Origin: Candidatus Latescibacterota bacterium
Lineage (GTDB): Bacteria > Latescibacterota > UBA2968 > UBA8231
DNA length: 64,000 bases
NCBI GenBank assembly: GCA_965206595.1
Contig: OZ242214.1
Location: 960,001 to 1,024,000 of the forward strand
Direction of reading: 5' to 3'
Shown here: one piece after another, positions 34,391 through 44,969 of the stretch
Position numbering within the stretch: the stretch's first letter is position 1
Layout of the letters: every line of letters begins with the position of its first letter
The notes under the pieces: generated by a model
What the model saw: only the letters and a program-made list of their open reading frames with translations
Database searches by the model: none
What the model was told of the DNA's origin: nothing
Position numbers and translations under genes: made by a program

Positions 34391-35329
34391 TCAGCCTCCG
34401 GGAGGGGACGGGCTCCCCAGGGCCCCGAGCATGGAACCGGCGACGACCAGCAGGGCCCCGCCGACGCGGGAGGGGCTCAATTCTTCCGGCCTGGCCAGGT
34501 CCGGCAGGAGCAGGGCGAACATGCCCGCAGTGACGAAGACGACCACCGGCGACAGGGAGAGGAGAACCCCGATCCGGGAGGCCTCGATGTGCTCGGCGGC
34601 GTTGGCGTAGCAGAGGTAGGAGGTGAAGGTGAGGACGCTGGTGGCCGCCAGCAGGCCGAGGTGGATGGGGTCGAGGCGGCCGTAGTCGGCGAACCGCACC
34701 AGGGGGAACAGGAGAATCGTCCCGGTGGCGTAGATCGGCAGCAGGATCGCCTCCGGAGGCAGCGCGGTCAGGAGCTGCTTCTGGCTCAGGAGATAGACCG
34801 CCCAGGCCACCGCCGAGAAGATCAGCAGCAGAATGCCGAGGCCGAACCCCTGCAACTCGCCGGCCAGGTCTCCGTAGCGGGGGCTGAAGAACAGCGCCAG
34901 GCCGGCGAGCAGGAGGGCGATCCCCAGCCACTGGAGCCGGCCGAAGGACTCGCCGAACAGGAACAGGCCCCCCAGGAGCATCAGCATCGGGGCGAGCTGG
35001 ATGACCACCTGGGCGGTGCCGGGGCTGACGTAGCGGAGGGCGGCCATGAAGGTCAGGTAGTTTGTGAGCAGACCGGCGACGCAGATCGACAGCAGGAGCA
35101 GGCGCCTGCCGCGCAGGCGGATCAGCTCGCGGCCGCCGCGGCGCATCACCATGGGCAGGAGCAGGGCCGCGGTGATGGCGAAACGCATCCATCCGACGGC
35201 GGTAACCTCCAGGGATTGCACGAGGATGGCCTGCAGCACCGGCTGCGTCCCCCACTGGAAGACGGCGAGCGCGGCGAGAGACAGTCCGAGGGCAATGCGT
35301 CCGCTCGCACTGTGCCGGGTCACTGCCAC
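34391..35329 (-). CDS. EamA/DMT-family transporter
   Basis: About 10 TM helices in two EamA repeats. Confidence 0.88.
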   Translation of the reverse strand: MAVTRHSASGRIALGLSLAALAVFQWGTQPVLQAILVQSLEVTAVGWMRFAITAALLLPMVMRRGGRELIRLRGRRLLLLSICVAGLLTNYLTFMAALRYVSPGTAQVVIQLAPMLMLLGGLFLFGESFGRLQWLGIALLLAGLALFFSPRYGDLAGELQGFGLGILLLIFSAVAWAVYLLSQKQLLTALPPEAILLPIYATGTILLFPLVRFADYGRLDPIHLGLLAATSVLTFTSYLCYANAAEHIEASRIGVLLSLSPVVVFVTAGMFALLLPDLARPEELSPSRVGGALLVVAGSMLGALGSPSPPGG

Positions 35330-36282
35330 TTCTCGATCTCCACGAGGGCGGCGGCGATTCGCCGTCTCAGCTCCTCCGCGGATTCAGGCGTCCACTGGTA
35401 GAAACCGCGTCCCGTCTTCGCCCCGAGCTCGCCGCGGGCCACCTTCTCCCGCAGCAGCGCGGGCACCTCCGGTCCGGAGGCGAGATGGGGGAGGAGGTTG
35501 CCGGCGATCGAGGCCACCAGGTCCCAGCCGGCGAGCTCGAATACCTCGAAGATGCCGGCCGTCGACCAGCGGCGGCCGATGCTGTTGCTGAGGGCGTAGT
35601 CGATGTCGCGGGGGGTGGCGACCCCGTTCTCGACCAGCCAGAGGGCCTCGCGCAGGAGCGCGAACTGCAGGCGGTTGAGGACGAACCCGGGGACCTGTCT
35701 GCGGACGACGATCGGGCGCTTGCCCACGTGTTCGAGCAGGGAGCAGACGGCTTGCAGGGAGGCGTCCGAGGTCGCGCTTGCCGGCACCACTTCCACCAGG
35801 GGAATGAGGTGGGGCGGGTTGGCGTAGTGGGTGACGAGAACGCGGTCGCGCCGGTCCGTCTCCGGAAGGAAGCTGTCCGGCATCAGTCCCGAAGTGTTGC
35901 TCGCGAGAATGGCGCGCTGCGGGCAGAGGCGGTCGAGGTCGGCGAACACCCGGCGCTTGAGCTCGAGGTCCTCGTACACCGATTCGATGGCGAAGTCCGC
36001 CCCGGAGACCGCCTCCTCGAGATCGGGGGAGCCGTGCAGGCGGGAGGGGACCGCCTCCGCCTGTTCCACGGTGATGCGGCCGAGGCCGGCGAGGTAGTCG
36101 AGGCCGGCGTCGATGCGGGCGCGGGCCCGGTCCAGGCTCGCCCGGGTTCGCGCATGCATGCGCACTTCCAGGCCGGCGAGGGCGAGCTCCAGGGCGATCC
36201 CGTGGCCCATGAGGCCGGCCCCGACGACGGCGACCCGCTCGATCCGGTCCGCGGTTACGGGAGGTTCCGCGGGCGGCCTCAA
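35320..36282 (-). CDS. 3-hydroxyacyl-CoA dehydrogenase family protein
   Basis: VVGAGLMGHGIA, ASNTSG, HYANPPHLIPLVEVV, GAKTGRGFY. Confidence 0.9.
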   Translation of the reverse strand: MRPPAEPPVTADRIERVAVVGAGLMGHGIALELALAGLEVRMHARTRASLDRARARIDAGLDYLAGLGRITVEQAEAVPSRLHGSPDLEEAVSGADFAIESVYEDLELKRRVFADLDRLCPQRAILASNTSGLMPDSFLPETDRRDRVLVTHYANPPHLIPLVEVVPASATSDASLQAVCSLLEHVGKRPIVVRRQVPGFVLNRLQFALLREALWLVENGVATPRDIDYALSNSIGRRWSTAGIFEVFELAGWDLVASIAGNLLPHLASGPEVPALLREKVARGELGAKTGRGFYQWTPESAEELRRRIAAALVEIEKWQ

Positions 36283-37016
36283 CGGGGTCCCGCGGGCAGC
36301 GGGATGCCGATGGCGGCGAGCTGCTCCTCGACCTGGCCGGCCCAGCCGCGGTTGGCCGCCGGGCTCGCCGGGCTCGGATGCAGGATCTGCCCCAAGTGGA
36401 AGGTGCCGTCCCCGAGGGCGGCGCGGGCGCGGTCCCAGCCGAACCTGCCGACCCCGAGGACGAACGACGGCGACACGTGCTCGGCGATCTGCCGCAGGGC
36501 GCGGTCGCAGGCGGCGAACAGGGGTTCGCGCTCGGCCGGGGGCAGCTTGTCGGGGGTGCGGTTGCGGCCGCTCTCCTCGAGGAAGGCCAGCGGGCAGTAG
36601 TTCCAGACGAAGAAGCTGTCGAAGAAGCGGTCGGCGGTGCCGAAGCGGTCCCGCGCCCACCCCCAGAAGCGGCGGCCGCTGACCTCGCTGCGCTGGCAGT
36701 CGAAGCCCTCGATCGCCCGCCGGGGGTGCTGGGAGCGGGGCCGGCTCACCCCGCGGTCGATGCCGAGCCAGTCCCTGACCAGCTCGACCTCTCCGAACGG
36801 GACCCCGGTCTGCATCATCCCCCAGGGCCCGGGGTTCATGCCGACGAGCAGTACCTTGGCGCAGCGCCGGCAGTAGCGCTCGAGGTAGGCGGCGTGCGCT
36901 TCGAAGGCGTACGCCAGCGGGTTGTACACGTGCGCGACCGGGGCGGCGAAGCGCAGGCTGCCCGCGGCGCGGCTGAGGGCACGGGCGACGGCGACCGGCG
37001 CGGGATCCGGCGTCAC
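36279..37016 (-). CDS. SMUG1-like (family 3) uracil-DNA glycosylase
   Basis: GMNPGPWGMMQTGVPFG, SEVSGRRFW, NYCPL, HPSPAS. Confidence 0.9.
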   Translation of the reverse strand: MTPDPAPVAVARALSRAAGSLRFAAPVAHVYNPLAYAFEAHAAYLERYCRRCAKVLLVGMNPGPWGMMQTGVPFGEVELVRDWLGIDRGVSRPRSQHPRRAIEGFDCQRSEVSGRRFWGWARDRFGTADRFFDSFFVWNYCPLAFLEESGRNRTPDKLPPAEREPLFAACDRALRQIAEHVSPSFVLGVGRFGWDRARAALGDGTFHLGQILHPSPASPAANRGWAGQVEEQLAAIGIPLPAGPR

Positions 37017-37993
37017 TCGCTGTACACCGCCTCGATCAGGCCCCTCATGTAGCCGATCGCGTAGAGGCGCTCCATCGAGTGGGTGTCGGCGAAATCCTTC
37101 CAGGTCAGCTGCGGGAAGTGGTCGGGGCGCGCCACCCCCTCGTACCCGCTGTCGCGGTAAGCCCGGACGCAGGCCGCCATGTCGTGCTTGCCGTCGTCGT
37201 GGAAGGCCTCGTCGAACTTCTCCGGGGTCCCCCTGATGTCGCGGAAGTGGACGAAGTGGACCTTCTTCTGCTCTCCGAAGTGGCGGATGACGCTCGGCAG
37301 GTCGTCGGTCATGAGGCCGAAGTTCCCCTGGCAGAGGCCGATGCCGTTCACCGGGCTGGGCACGAGATCGACCATCCTCTGGTAGTTATCGACGCTGCTG
37401 ATGATGCGGGCGACCCCCTGGATCGGCGACAGCGGCGGGTCGTCGGGATGCATGGCGAGCTTGACGTTGGCTTCTTCGGCTACCGGAACGACGCGCTCGA
37501 GGAAGTACTTGAGGTTGTCCCACTGATCTTCCTCGGTGATCTCGCCGTGCTCGCCGGCCGGGTGGGTCCGGTTGAACTCCTCGAGGTCGAAGCCCGTCAC
37601 CTTGGCGCCGCCCCGAGTCGGGATGTCGGAGGAGGTGCGGATGACGAAGTGGACGGGCATCCAGGCCGGGCACCAGACCGGGATGCCGGCGGCCCCCATG
37701 TTGCGGATGAACTCGCAGACGACGGCGATCTCCTCGTCGCGGCCTGGCCGGGCAAGCTTGATCTCCTCCATCGGGGGGCGGCTTTCGATCACCGAAAGCT
37801 GGTAGCCCATCCTTTCGTACTGCGCCTTGAAGCGGGCCAGCGAGGCGCGGCTGAACGGCTGCGCCTCGTCCTCTATCGATTTGCCCGGGAGCGGCTCGAG
37901 GCCGAAAGTGCCGACCGCGTGCGCGACGCCGCACTGGCTGCCGAAGGTCGATACCGCCTCTGCTTCCGGGCCGAGCGCCAAAGCGATTTTCAC
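37013..37993 (-). CDS. uxuA: Mannonate dehydratase family protein
   Basis: KLAMHPDDPP, CQGNF, FVHFRD, RPDH, AIGYMRGL. Confidence 0.88.
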   Translation of the reverse strand: MKIALALGPEAEAVSTFGSQCGVAHAVGTFGLEPLPGKSIEDEAQPFSRASLARFKAQYERMGYQLSVIESRPPMEEIKLARPGRDEEIAVVCEFIRNMGAAGIPVWCPAWMPVHFVIRTSSDIPTRGGAKVTGFDLEEFNRTHPAGEHGEITEEDQWDNLKYFLERVVPVAEEANVKLAMHPDDPPLSPIQGVARIISSVDNYQRMVDLVPSPVNGIGLCQGNFGLMTDDLPSVIRHFGEQKKVHFVHFRDIRGTPEKFDEAFHDDGKHDMAACVRAYRDSGYEGVARPDHFPQLTWKDFADTHSMERLYAIGYMRGLIEAVYSE

Positions 37994-38916
37994 AGGTTCT
38001 CCTTCCGATCGGTTTCGAGAATCACCGCGACCATCTCCCCTTCGAGCACGCGCGGAAAGGTGCGCAGCACGAGAATGTGCCCGCCGCGCTCGGCGCGCAT
38101 CTCGTGCACCGCGGAGCCGAGGGGGTCGCACACCGTGCCGAGCAGGTCCCCCTCGCGCACGCGCTCCCCGAGCTGTACGGCGGCTTCGAAATAGCCGGTG
38201 ACCGGCGTCTGGTTGTGCAGCCCCATGTCGCCGGAGCCGGGGCGGTCGTCCTCGACCACGTGCTCGACCCGCGAAACGGGCGCCGGGCGCGCGATCATGT
38301 CCAGCGTGGCCATGACGTTCAGACAGCCTTCGAAGTACGCTTCCGCCCCTTCCGGATCGCACCTGCCCGAGCCCTGGTACTCGGCGTAGATCGCGGCGAC
38401 GCCAGCGTCGCGGGCAACCGACAGGGAGCGGCCCTGAAGCGTCGCGGTCGTGCCCCAGATCACCGGCAGGTTGAAGGCCCGCGCCATGGCGCGCTGCCTG
38501 CCGAGGATTGCAGGATCGGGGAGCAGGCCGTACCCCGACATCGGCCACACCGAGGAAGGGGAGCCGCCGGTGTGCAGGTCGATGTAGCAGTCGGCCGAGC
38601 GGATCAGCTCGCTGAGGGCGTGGGCAATGCGCATGGTCACCGAGCCGTCGGGGTCGCCGGGGCAGACGCGCGCCAGGTCGAGGCCGTCCTCCGCGGTGCG
38701 GGCGCCGCGCAGGTAGGCCGCCTCGTTGACGACCGGCACGAGGGTGAGGCGGCCGCGAAGCTCATCGCGGCAGGTGCCCTGGAAATGGGCGATCAGGCGG
38801 CGGACGGCGACCATCGACTCGAACTCGTCGCCATGCACTCCCCCGGTGATCAGCAGGTGGGGCCCGGGACCGGAGCCCTCGATGACGGCCCGCTGCAACT
38901 CGACGGCGGCGCTCAC
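37990..38916 (-). CDS. Succinylglutamate desuccinylase/aspartoacylase (M14-like)
   Basis: GGVHGDEFE, DLARVCPG, IDLHTGG. Confidence 0.88.
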   Translation of the reverse strand: MSAAVELQRAVIEGSGPGPHLLITGGVHGDEFESMVAVRRLIAHFQGTCRDELRGRLTLVPVVNEAAYLRGARTAEDGLDLARVCPGDPDGSVTMRIAHALSELIRSADCYIDLHTGGSPSSVWPMSGYGLLPDPAILGRQRAMARAFNLPVIWGTTATLQGRSLSVARDAGVAAIYAEYQGSGRCDPEGAEAYFEGCLNVMATLDMIARPAPVSRVEHVVEDDRPGSGDMGLHNQTPVTGYFEAAVQLGERVREGDLLGTVCDPLGSAVHEMRAERGGHILVLRTFPRVLEGEMVAVILETDRKENL

Positions 38917-39743
38917 GGTAGCTGCCAGCGGCTCGGGTTGATGCCGGGCGCTTCCGACGCCATGCCGGGCGGCTTGTTGCCCCCCTCGGGAATCCAGATG
39001 CGGCCGCTGCGGTCCCCCATCAGGCGGCGCACCTGCGGCGACAGTTTGGCGACCTCCACCTCGTCCCAGGGGGCGATCGGTTCGGCGGGCCCGGCCCAGG
39101 TCGGCCGGTAGGAGAGCTGCAGCGACTCGCGCGCGTACGTGCCGGTGTTGGGGTAATTGCCGTGGAAGACATTGTTGTTGAACACCAGCGCCGCGCCGGC
39201 CTTGCAGGTCACCATCACCTCTTCCGGGTGCTCCTCGTAGCGCAGGTAGGGGTTGGCCTGGTTGTGGAAGCTCAGGTGGGTGCGCGGCACGACGCGGAAG
39301 GGGGAGACCTCGGGCACGAGGTCGTCGAGGTAGTAGAGCACCCGCAGCAGCCTGGGGCAGGTGTACTCCGCGGCGAAGATATTCGACCCCCAGGGCTGGC
39401 CGTCGCAGTGGAGGCTGATCCCGGGGTGGCCCGGCTCGGAGCGGCCGTAGTCGTAGGACATGGCGACCACCTCGCCGCACAGGGTTTCGAGGAACTCGAT
39501 GGTCGGCGGCCAGGCGATCAGCTCGGTGACGGCACCGCCGGCGAACTGTACCGCGGACTTGCCGCGCTGGTGGACGCTGTAGTCGACGTGGGTGGTTTCG
39601 AACCCGGCGCACTGGCTCTTGAGCCGGGCGATGAGGTCGGGCGGCAGGCGCTCGGGAAGGATGACGTACCCCTCCACCTCGAGGTGGCGGATGCATTCGC
39701 CGAGAGAGATCCGGCTCCAGTCGCGGTCGTCGATGCGGGGCAT
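38913..39743 (-). CDS. Phytanoyl-CoA dioxygenase family protein
   Basis: LHCDG, YYLDD, VVPRTH, FHGN. Confidence 0.85.
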   Translation of the reverse strand: MPRIDDRDWSRISLGECIRHLEVEGYVILPERLPPDLIARLKSQCAGFETTHVDYSVHQRGKSAVQFAGGAVTELIAWPPTIEFLETLCGEVVAMSYDYGRSEPGHPGISLHCDGQPWGSNIFAAEYTCPRLLRVLYYLDDLVPEVSPFRVVPRTHLSFHNQANPYLRYEEHPEEVMVTCKAGAALVFNNNVFHGNYPNTGTYARESLQLSYRPTWAGPAEPIAPWDEVEVAKLSPQVRRLMGDRSGRIWIPEGGNKPPGMASEAPGINPSRWQLP

Positions 39744-40083
39744 GGTGCGGGTTCCGTTGGTTGCCGTGGGCGCAGGTTCCGGGCTGGAAGAAACGCCCCC
39801 GCAATCCCCTGTCAATCGCTGCACCGACGGCCGAAGGGTAGGGGTCGGTTTGGAGAGGCGGTGCCGGTTTCAGGTGCCGCGCTTCAGGCCGGCGGGCAGG
39901 CAGGGGCAGCCGCCGGGGCTTCGGGGACGCTGCTTCGACCAGATCCACCCGCCAGTCCGCTGGACGCTCTTCTCCGAGGGCGGCAGTTTACGTCTTCGCC
40001 CCCGTGGAACCCGGTTCGCTATCGGGCGTCCTTTCTTTTTTCCGCAAGATTCGATTTCTCTACTCTGACACAAAGGAAGCACG

Positions 40084-40593
40084 ATGAAGGAAAGCACGAT
40101 GAACTACACTTTCGGTGCCGCGGTCGTTGTTCTCTGCCTCGGAATCTCCGGGTGTTCGGGTGAGCCGCCGACAGGGGGAACTCATGATTCGGATGTCCTC
40201 ACGGCCAGCGGTGACGAACACATCCGCGACGGCGGCGGCGAAAACGGTGGAGAGGCTGGCGAAGAGTCGGGTACCGCCCTGTCGCTGAACGAGACCTTCG
40301 ATAGTGTCAGAAACGGTGTTCGGCTGGTGATGTCCTACGAGGCGGATGACAATTCATTCACCGGTACTTTGAAGAACACGACCGGGGAGACCTTGCAGGA
40401 AGTGCGCGTCGAGGTCCACCTGTCCAACGGCAGGGAGCTCGGTCCGACGACTCCGGTCGATCTCGATCCCGCCATGGAACGGAAGGTGAGGCTGGTGGCG
40501 ACCAGCAGGGATTTCGACGCCTGGACCCCTCACGCGGAGGTAGGACTGGGCGAGCACGCCGGATCGGACGAAGGAGGCGGAGAGCACGACTAA
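40084..40593 (+). CDS. Hypothetical lipoprotein
   Basis: Lipobox ISGC; G/E/H-rich termini. Confidence 0.7.
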   Translation: MKESTMNYTFGAAVVVLCLGISGCSGEPPTGGTHDSDVLTASGDEHIRDGGGENGGEAGEESGTALSLNETFDSVRNGVRLVMSYEADDNSFTGTLKNTTGETLQEVRVEVHLSNGRELGPTTPVDLDPAMERKVRLVATSRDFDAWTPHAEVGLGEHAGSDEGGGEHD

Positions 40594-40638
40594 GGCCGGC
40601 CCCGGTGCGGCGCGCCCCGGGGACAGGGCCCTCAAGCC

Positions 40639-41549
40639 CTAGCCCATCTGCAGGAGAACCTTGCCGGTGAGACCGGCAGCCATCAGGCGGAAGCCCTCGT
40701 CCGCTTCTTCGAGGGGAAAGCGGTGGGTGATCAGCCGCTCGACATCCAGGCCGGCCCGGTGGAGGGCGAGCATCTCGGGGAACTCGCTGAAGTGGTAGTA
40801 CCAGGAACCGACCGCGGTGATGTCGCGGCGGATGAAGTCCGCGCTCGGGGGCAGCTCGACCTCCGGCTGCTCCCCGTTGAAGACCACGGTTCCCGCGGTG
40901 CGCACGGCGCGGAAGCACTGCCTCGCGGTCTCGGGTCGGCCGGCGGCCTCGATACAGACGTCCGCTCCCCTGTTCCCGGTCAACCGGCGGATCGCCTCCG
41001 GCACGTCCTCGGGGACGCCGGCGTCAATGGCGTGGGCGGCCCCCAGTTTTCCCGCGAGGCCGAGCAAATCGCGACGCATTCGACAGGCTCGTTCCTGAGC
41101 TTGGTCGAGGTGTGGTAGGGGACGCCGAACCCGTCTCCGGTCAGCAGCACCCCCGCATCCCAGGGAACGTCGTCGGGCAGCACGTGGCAGGCCCTGGCCG
41201 CGGTGACGAAGCGCTCGGCGTGGGTGCTGCCGTGGTAGCTCCGCTCCTCGCACCAGGTGTACTGGCCGCGGGCGCAGCAGGGACAGTCCCCGCATCCGCT
41301 GATGGCGCTGACGCCGACCCGCTGTCCAACCCTCGGGGCGCTGACGCCAGGACCGACCCCGGAAATGACGCCGGCGGCCTCGTGTCCGGAGTTGCCGGTT
41401 TCCATGCCTTCACCCCGGTAGGCTTTCAGCTCGCTCCCGCACAGGGCCGAGACCCGGGTGTCGACGAGCACCTCGCCGGGGCCCGGTTCCGGGTCGGGGG
41501 CGTCGACGCAGACGACCTTCTCGTCACCGAGGAGACGTAGGGATTTCAT
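40639..41549 (-). pseudogene. Zn-dependent alcohol dehydrogenase, frameshifted and internally deleted
   Basis: CGSE, GHE, CGDCPCC...C in one frame; C-terminal ITHRFPLEE...GKVLL in another; GxGxxG absent. Confidence 0.8.
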
Positions 41550-41840
41550 GGTGTTTCAGGGATCGCGGCCGCGGGGAAGGGGCGCCGCAGGGGCGGGCAA
41601 GGGCAATCCGTAGCGAAACATGGACGCGGCAACGCGGACGCGGAGGGGGCGGAAACTCACGAGAGTCTCGGCGAGGGAGCAAAGGGCGGCGCCCGACAGT
41701 GAGGGCGGAAAGGTTCGCCTCAGGGGGCCGCAGTTCGAGCCGTTTATCAATGCTCATGTCCGCAGGAGCGAGCCGCCATTCAGGCCACGGTCCGGGGGAA
41801 GGCCACCGCCTCCGAGAACAGCGGCCCGAACCAGCTTTCA

Positions 41841-42838
41841 TCACGGGCCGTCAAGCGGCAGCTCGGCCTCGAGGTCGACGGGGCGCCGCGCGGCGATGGA
41901 GCGCCTGACGGCGGCCTCGACCTGAAGCTCACGCAGGCCTGCGATCCCCGGGACCGGAGGCGGCTCTCCGGCGCGCAAAGACTGCAGGTAGGCTGTGACG
42001 GACTTGGCGAACGAGGCCCTGTACTGGTCCCAGCGGGACTTGTCCTTCGGTATGGCGTGCAATTCGCGGCGGCCTGAGGCGTGATCGAGCACCTCCATGT
42101 CGCCGTCGAGATCGCGCAGGTGAATGCGGTCCCCCTCGAAGTTCAGAGTCAGCTCGAAGAGGGGAAGGTCCAGTCGAGAGCGGAGGTGCCGGTCAGGGTG
42201 CCGGTGGCGTCCCCGGCGGTGCGCATGGCAGCGGTGACGTCCTTGGCGGCGGCACGGCCCCCCCGGGTCCCTACGCTCTCCAGGGCCGCGAGTTCGGCTA
42301 CCGGTCCCGCGAAGTGGTGGACCAGGTCGATGGCGTGGCTCCAGCAGGCGAAGTGGACGAGCCCGGTGAAGTTCACCACCGCCCCGAAGGAACGGTCGGC
42401 GACGATCTGTTTGGCCAGCATCACCTGATCGAAGAAGCGGTAGTTGAAAACCATGGCCGTCTCGCAGCCGCAGGCATCCGCCTGCCGCATGAGGGAGCGG
42501 GCGTCGAGGAAGTCCTGCTCCCGAACCCCCGCCTGCCCGTCGCGGGCGACCAGCGGCTTTTCGAAGAACAGCCGCTTCGGTCCGTGGGCGAGCAGAGCGG
42601 AGGCGGCTTCGAAGCGGTCGTTCTCCCTGGTCAGCACGAGGATCGCATCAGGATTCCAAGCGACCAGGTCCCCCGGAGACTGGAAAGCCTGCCCTCCGAA
42701 ATCTGCGGCGAACTGCCCGGCCTTGCTCTGGGTGCGGTTGTAGTAGCCGAGCTCGACGTCCTTCTCCGCGGTCAGGCAGGGCATGTAGTTGGCCCTAGCG
42801 ACGTTGCCGGTTCCGGCGATGCCGATTTTCAAGGGCAT
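41841..42838 (-). CDS. Gfo/Idh/MocA oxidoreductase, frameshifted near 42160
   Basis: GIAGTGNVA, FFEKPL, FNYRF; C-terminus in ORF 41841-42098. Confidence 0.78.
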
Positions 42839-42879
42839 GTCAGGGTTTTATTGCGTTGGTTCGAGCCTGTTCGATCTTG

Positions 42880-43728
42880 TCAATCTCCATCTCGACCAAG
42901 ACCCTGCCTGGTGTTAATTCCCAGCTCTTTGACAAGAGCTGGGAATTCCTCAACCGACGTTGAAATGTTCATTACGTCGGCGCAAATTTGGGTAGCTTCG
43001 AGAAAATACTCCTGAGACAAACCATGTGAGAGGCAAAATATGGACTCTAGCGCGTCAGAATCTAGACCTGCGTAAATAGCTGAACCAGAGTGTGATGCCA
43101 GGCATCCAATTCGATAATCGAATAAATATCTTTTTTCAAAGGAGGTGCCAAATTGCTGAGCACGTTCCCTGATATTCATACCGGACCAATGTATTGGTGG
43201 CTTACATGAGTTTGGCTTAGCGCCTTTTGTCTTTCCCCAGTGCTTGACAATCTTGCCGCGTATATCCTCCTCCTTTTCCGGTTGCGAAACGAGCTTACGC
43301 TGATGTGCATCCTGAGTTGAGACATCGGGGTTTCGGTCCGCAAATTCCACGTAGTCTTTCGCCATTTGAAATCTCTCGATTTCAGGAAAGGCATGGAATT
43401 TTGCCACCATTTTTCCGTTTGTATCTGCATCCAACAGCTTTATGTCGAGGAGAAGTTCAAAAAGAGCTCGTGCTACCGTTGCTGCAGCCTGAAAGTGACG
43501 TGGATCATTCAAACGGATCAATGATTGAACCCAGGCATACATTCGGAAATAGGTGCCAGTTATCGCAGTTTCCTTATCTGTTTTTTTGAGCTGATCTCTT
43601 AAGACGGGAATCATTACTTTCTGCGCGAATTCCCCAATAGCATCGGTGCCTTGGTAGAAGGCCTCAGTTTTTTCTCGAACCGAATATTCGGGCTCTTCCG
43701 CTTTGAGGAGATCTTCAAATGTGGCCAT
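42880..43728 (-). CDS. Low-GC hypothetical helical protein (DUF5677-like)
   Basis: ARALFELL, HWSG...RERA, Y...LASHS pattern. Confidence 0.65.
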   Translation of the reverse strand: MATFEDLLKAEEPEYSVREKTEAFYQGTDAIGEFAQKVMIPVLRDQLKKTDKETAITGTYFRMYAWVQSLIRLNDPRHFQAAATVARALFELLLDIKLLDADTNGKMVAKFHAFPEIERFQMAKDYVEFADRNPDVSTQDAHQRKLVSQPEKEEDIRGKIVKHWGKTKGAKPNSCKPPIHWSGMNIRERAQQFGTSFEKRYLFDYRIGCLASHSGSAIYAGLDSDALESIFCLSHGLSQEYFLEATQICADVMNISTSVEEFPALVKELGINTRQGLGRDGD

Positions 43729-43783
43729 TGTGGTTGTCTTGTACTGGGTTGTCTACGAGTCTGCCGGTAAATCCAAGTTGGAT

Positions 43784-44908
43784 TTATTCGAACCTTGCGT
43801 CATGCAGTCGCCAATACACGTCGGTTTCCTTGAGGGCCTCGTTTTCCTTGGCATAGTCCCAGGGGATCTTTCCTTCTGTGTTTCTAGTCGCCGGGTCGGC
43901 ACCTGCGTCTAAGAGCGCGGTGATGACAGCGGGATTTTTGTTGCGCGCCGCAGCGTAATGGAGGTAGGTGTTGCCATGCTTGTCCCGTGCGTTCGGGTCC
44001 CCGCTGGTTTTCAGTAGGGCAGCGATCACGGTGGGATTTTCGTTGCGCGCTGCAGCGTAATGCAGGAATGTGCTGCCGTAGTTGTCCTGTACGTTGAGAT
44101 CGGACGCAGAGTTCAGCAAGGCAGGAAGGATTTCCGGGTTTTTGTTCCACACCGCCGAATGCAAGAAGGTGTTTCCGTGCTTGTCCCGTGCGTTCGGGTC
44201 CGCCCCGGCTTTCAGCAAGACGGAGATGGTTTCCAGATCTTTGGTGCACGCGGCAGCAAAGTGCAGGGAAGTAAAGCCGTTTTTGTCCCGTGAGTTTGCG
44301 TCTGCCCCAGCGTCCAGCAAAGCAGCGATGACGTCAGGGTTTCGGTCTCGGGGATTTCGTCCGAGATCCTTGGAAGCTGTTGGTGTTCTGGCAGAGTCAG
44401 GTGGAAATTCAGCATAGATATCTTTATATCCCTCCGCCAAGGCCGAACCCGAACCCGATCTGATAAACTGTGAGTAACTTACACCTAGACTTTCCTCGAG
44501 TTTCCTTATCTGTCCGAATGCTCCGGTGCTATAGGCATACCAGACTCGGTCAGGAATTACAATCCTTGGCATAAGCAAAAAAGTAGTGATGACTTCCGGA
44601 GGTTTGTTTCGAAGGCCCGCCCGATGCAGGGGGGTATAACCTTCTTTGTCCCGCGCGTTCGGGTTGGCCCCAGCCTCTATCAGGGGCGTCAGCAAGGAAG
44701 GGTTTAAATGGACAGCGGCATGGAGAGGGGTATTGCCCTCTTTGGTCCGAGTGTTCGGGTCGGCACCGGTCTGAAGGCATCCGGTTACCTCTTCGACGGT
44801 GGCGGTTTTAAAAAACTCTTCTGTGTTCCAGCCATCGCAGTCGGTACCCACGGTCGGTGCGGCCGGGAGCAAGAGGTATAAGCTGAAAACGGCAACAGTT
44901 GATTTCAT
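43784..44908 (-). CDS. Secreted ankyrin-repeat protein
   Basis: Signal peptide; repeated GADPNARDKxGxTxLHxAA. Confidence 0.92.
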   Translation of the reverse strand: MKSTVAVFSLYLLLPAAPTVGTDCDGWNTEEFFKTATVEEVTGCLQTGADPNTRTKEGNTPLHAAVHLNPSLLTPLIEAGANPNARDKEGYTPLHRAGLRNKPPEVITTFLLMPRIVIPDRVWYAYSTGAFGQIRKLEESLGVSYSQFIRSGSGSALAEGYKDIYAEFPPDSARTPTASKDLGRNPRDRNPDVIAALLDAGADANSRDKNGFTSLHFAAACTKDLETISVLLKAGADPNARDKHGNTFLHSAVWNKNPEILPALLNSASDLNVQDNYGSTFLHYAAARNENPTVIAALLKTSGDPNARDKHGNTYLHYAAARNKNPAVITALLDAGADPATRNTEGKIPWDYAKENEALKETDVYWRLHDARFE

Positions 44909-44969
44909 GGCAATTCCATTTCGACGGGACTGACGGCCCGCAACCTTCCTCGGCCTATCCCCAACGTCC

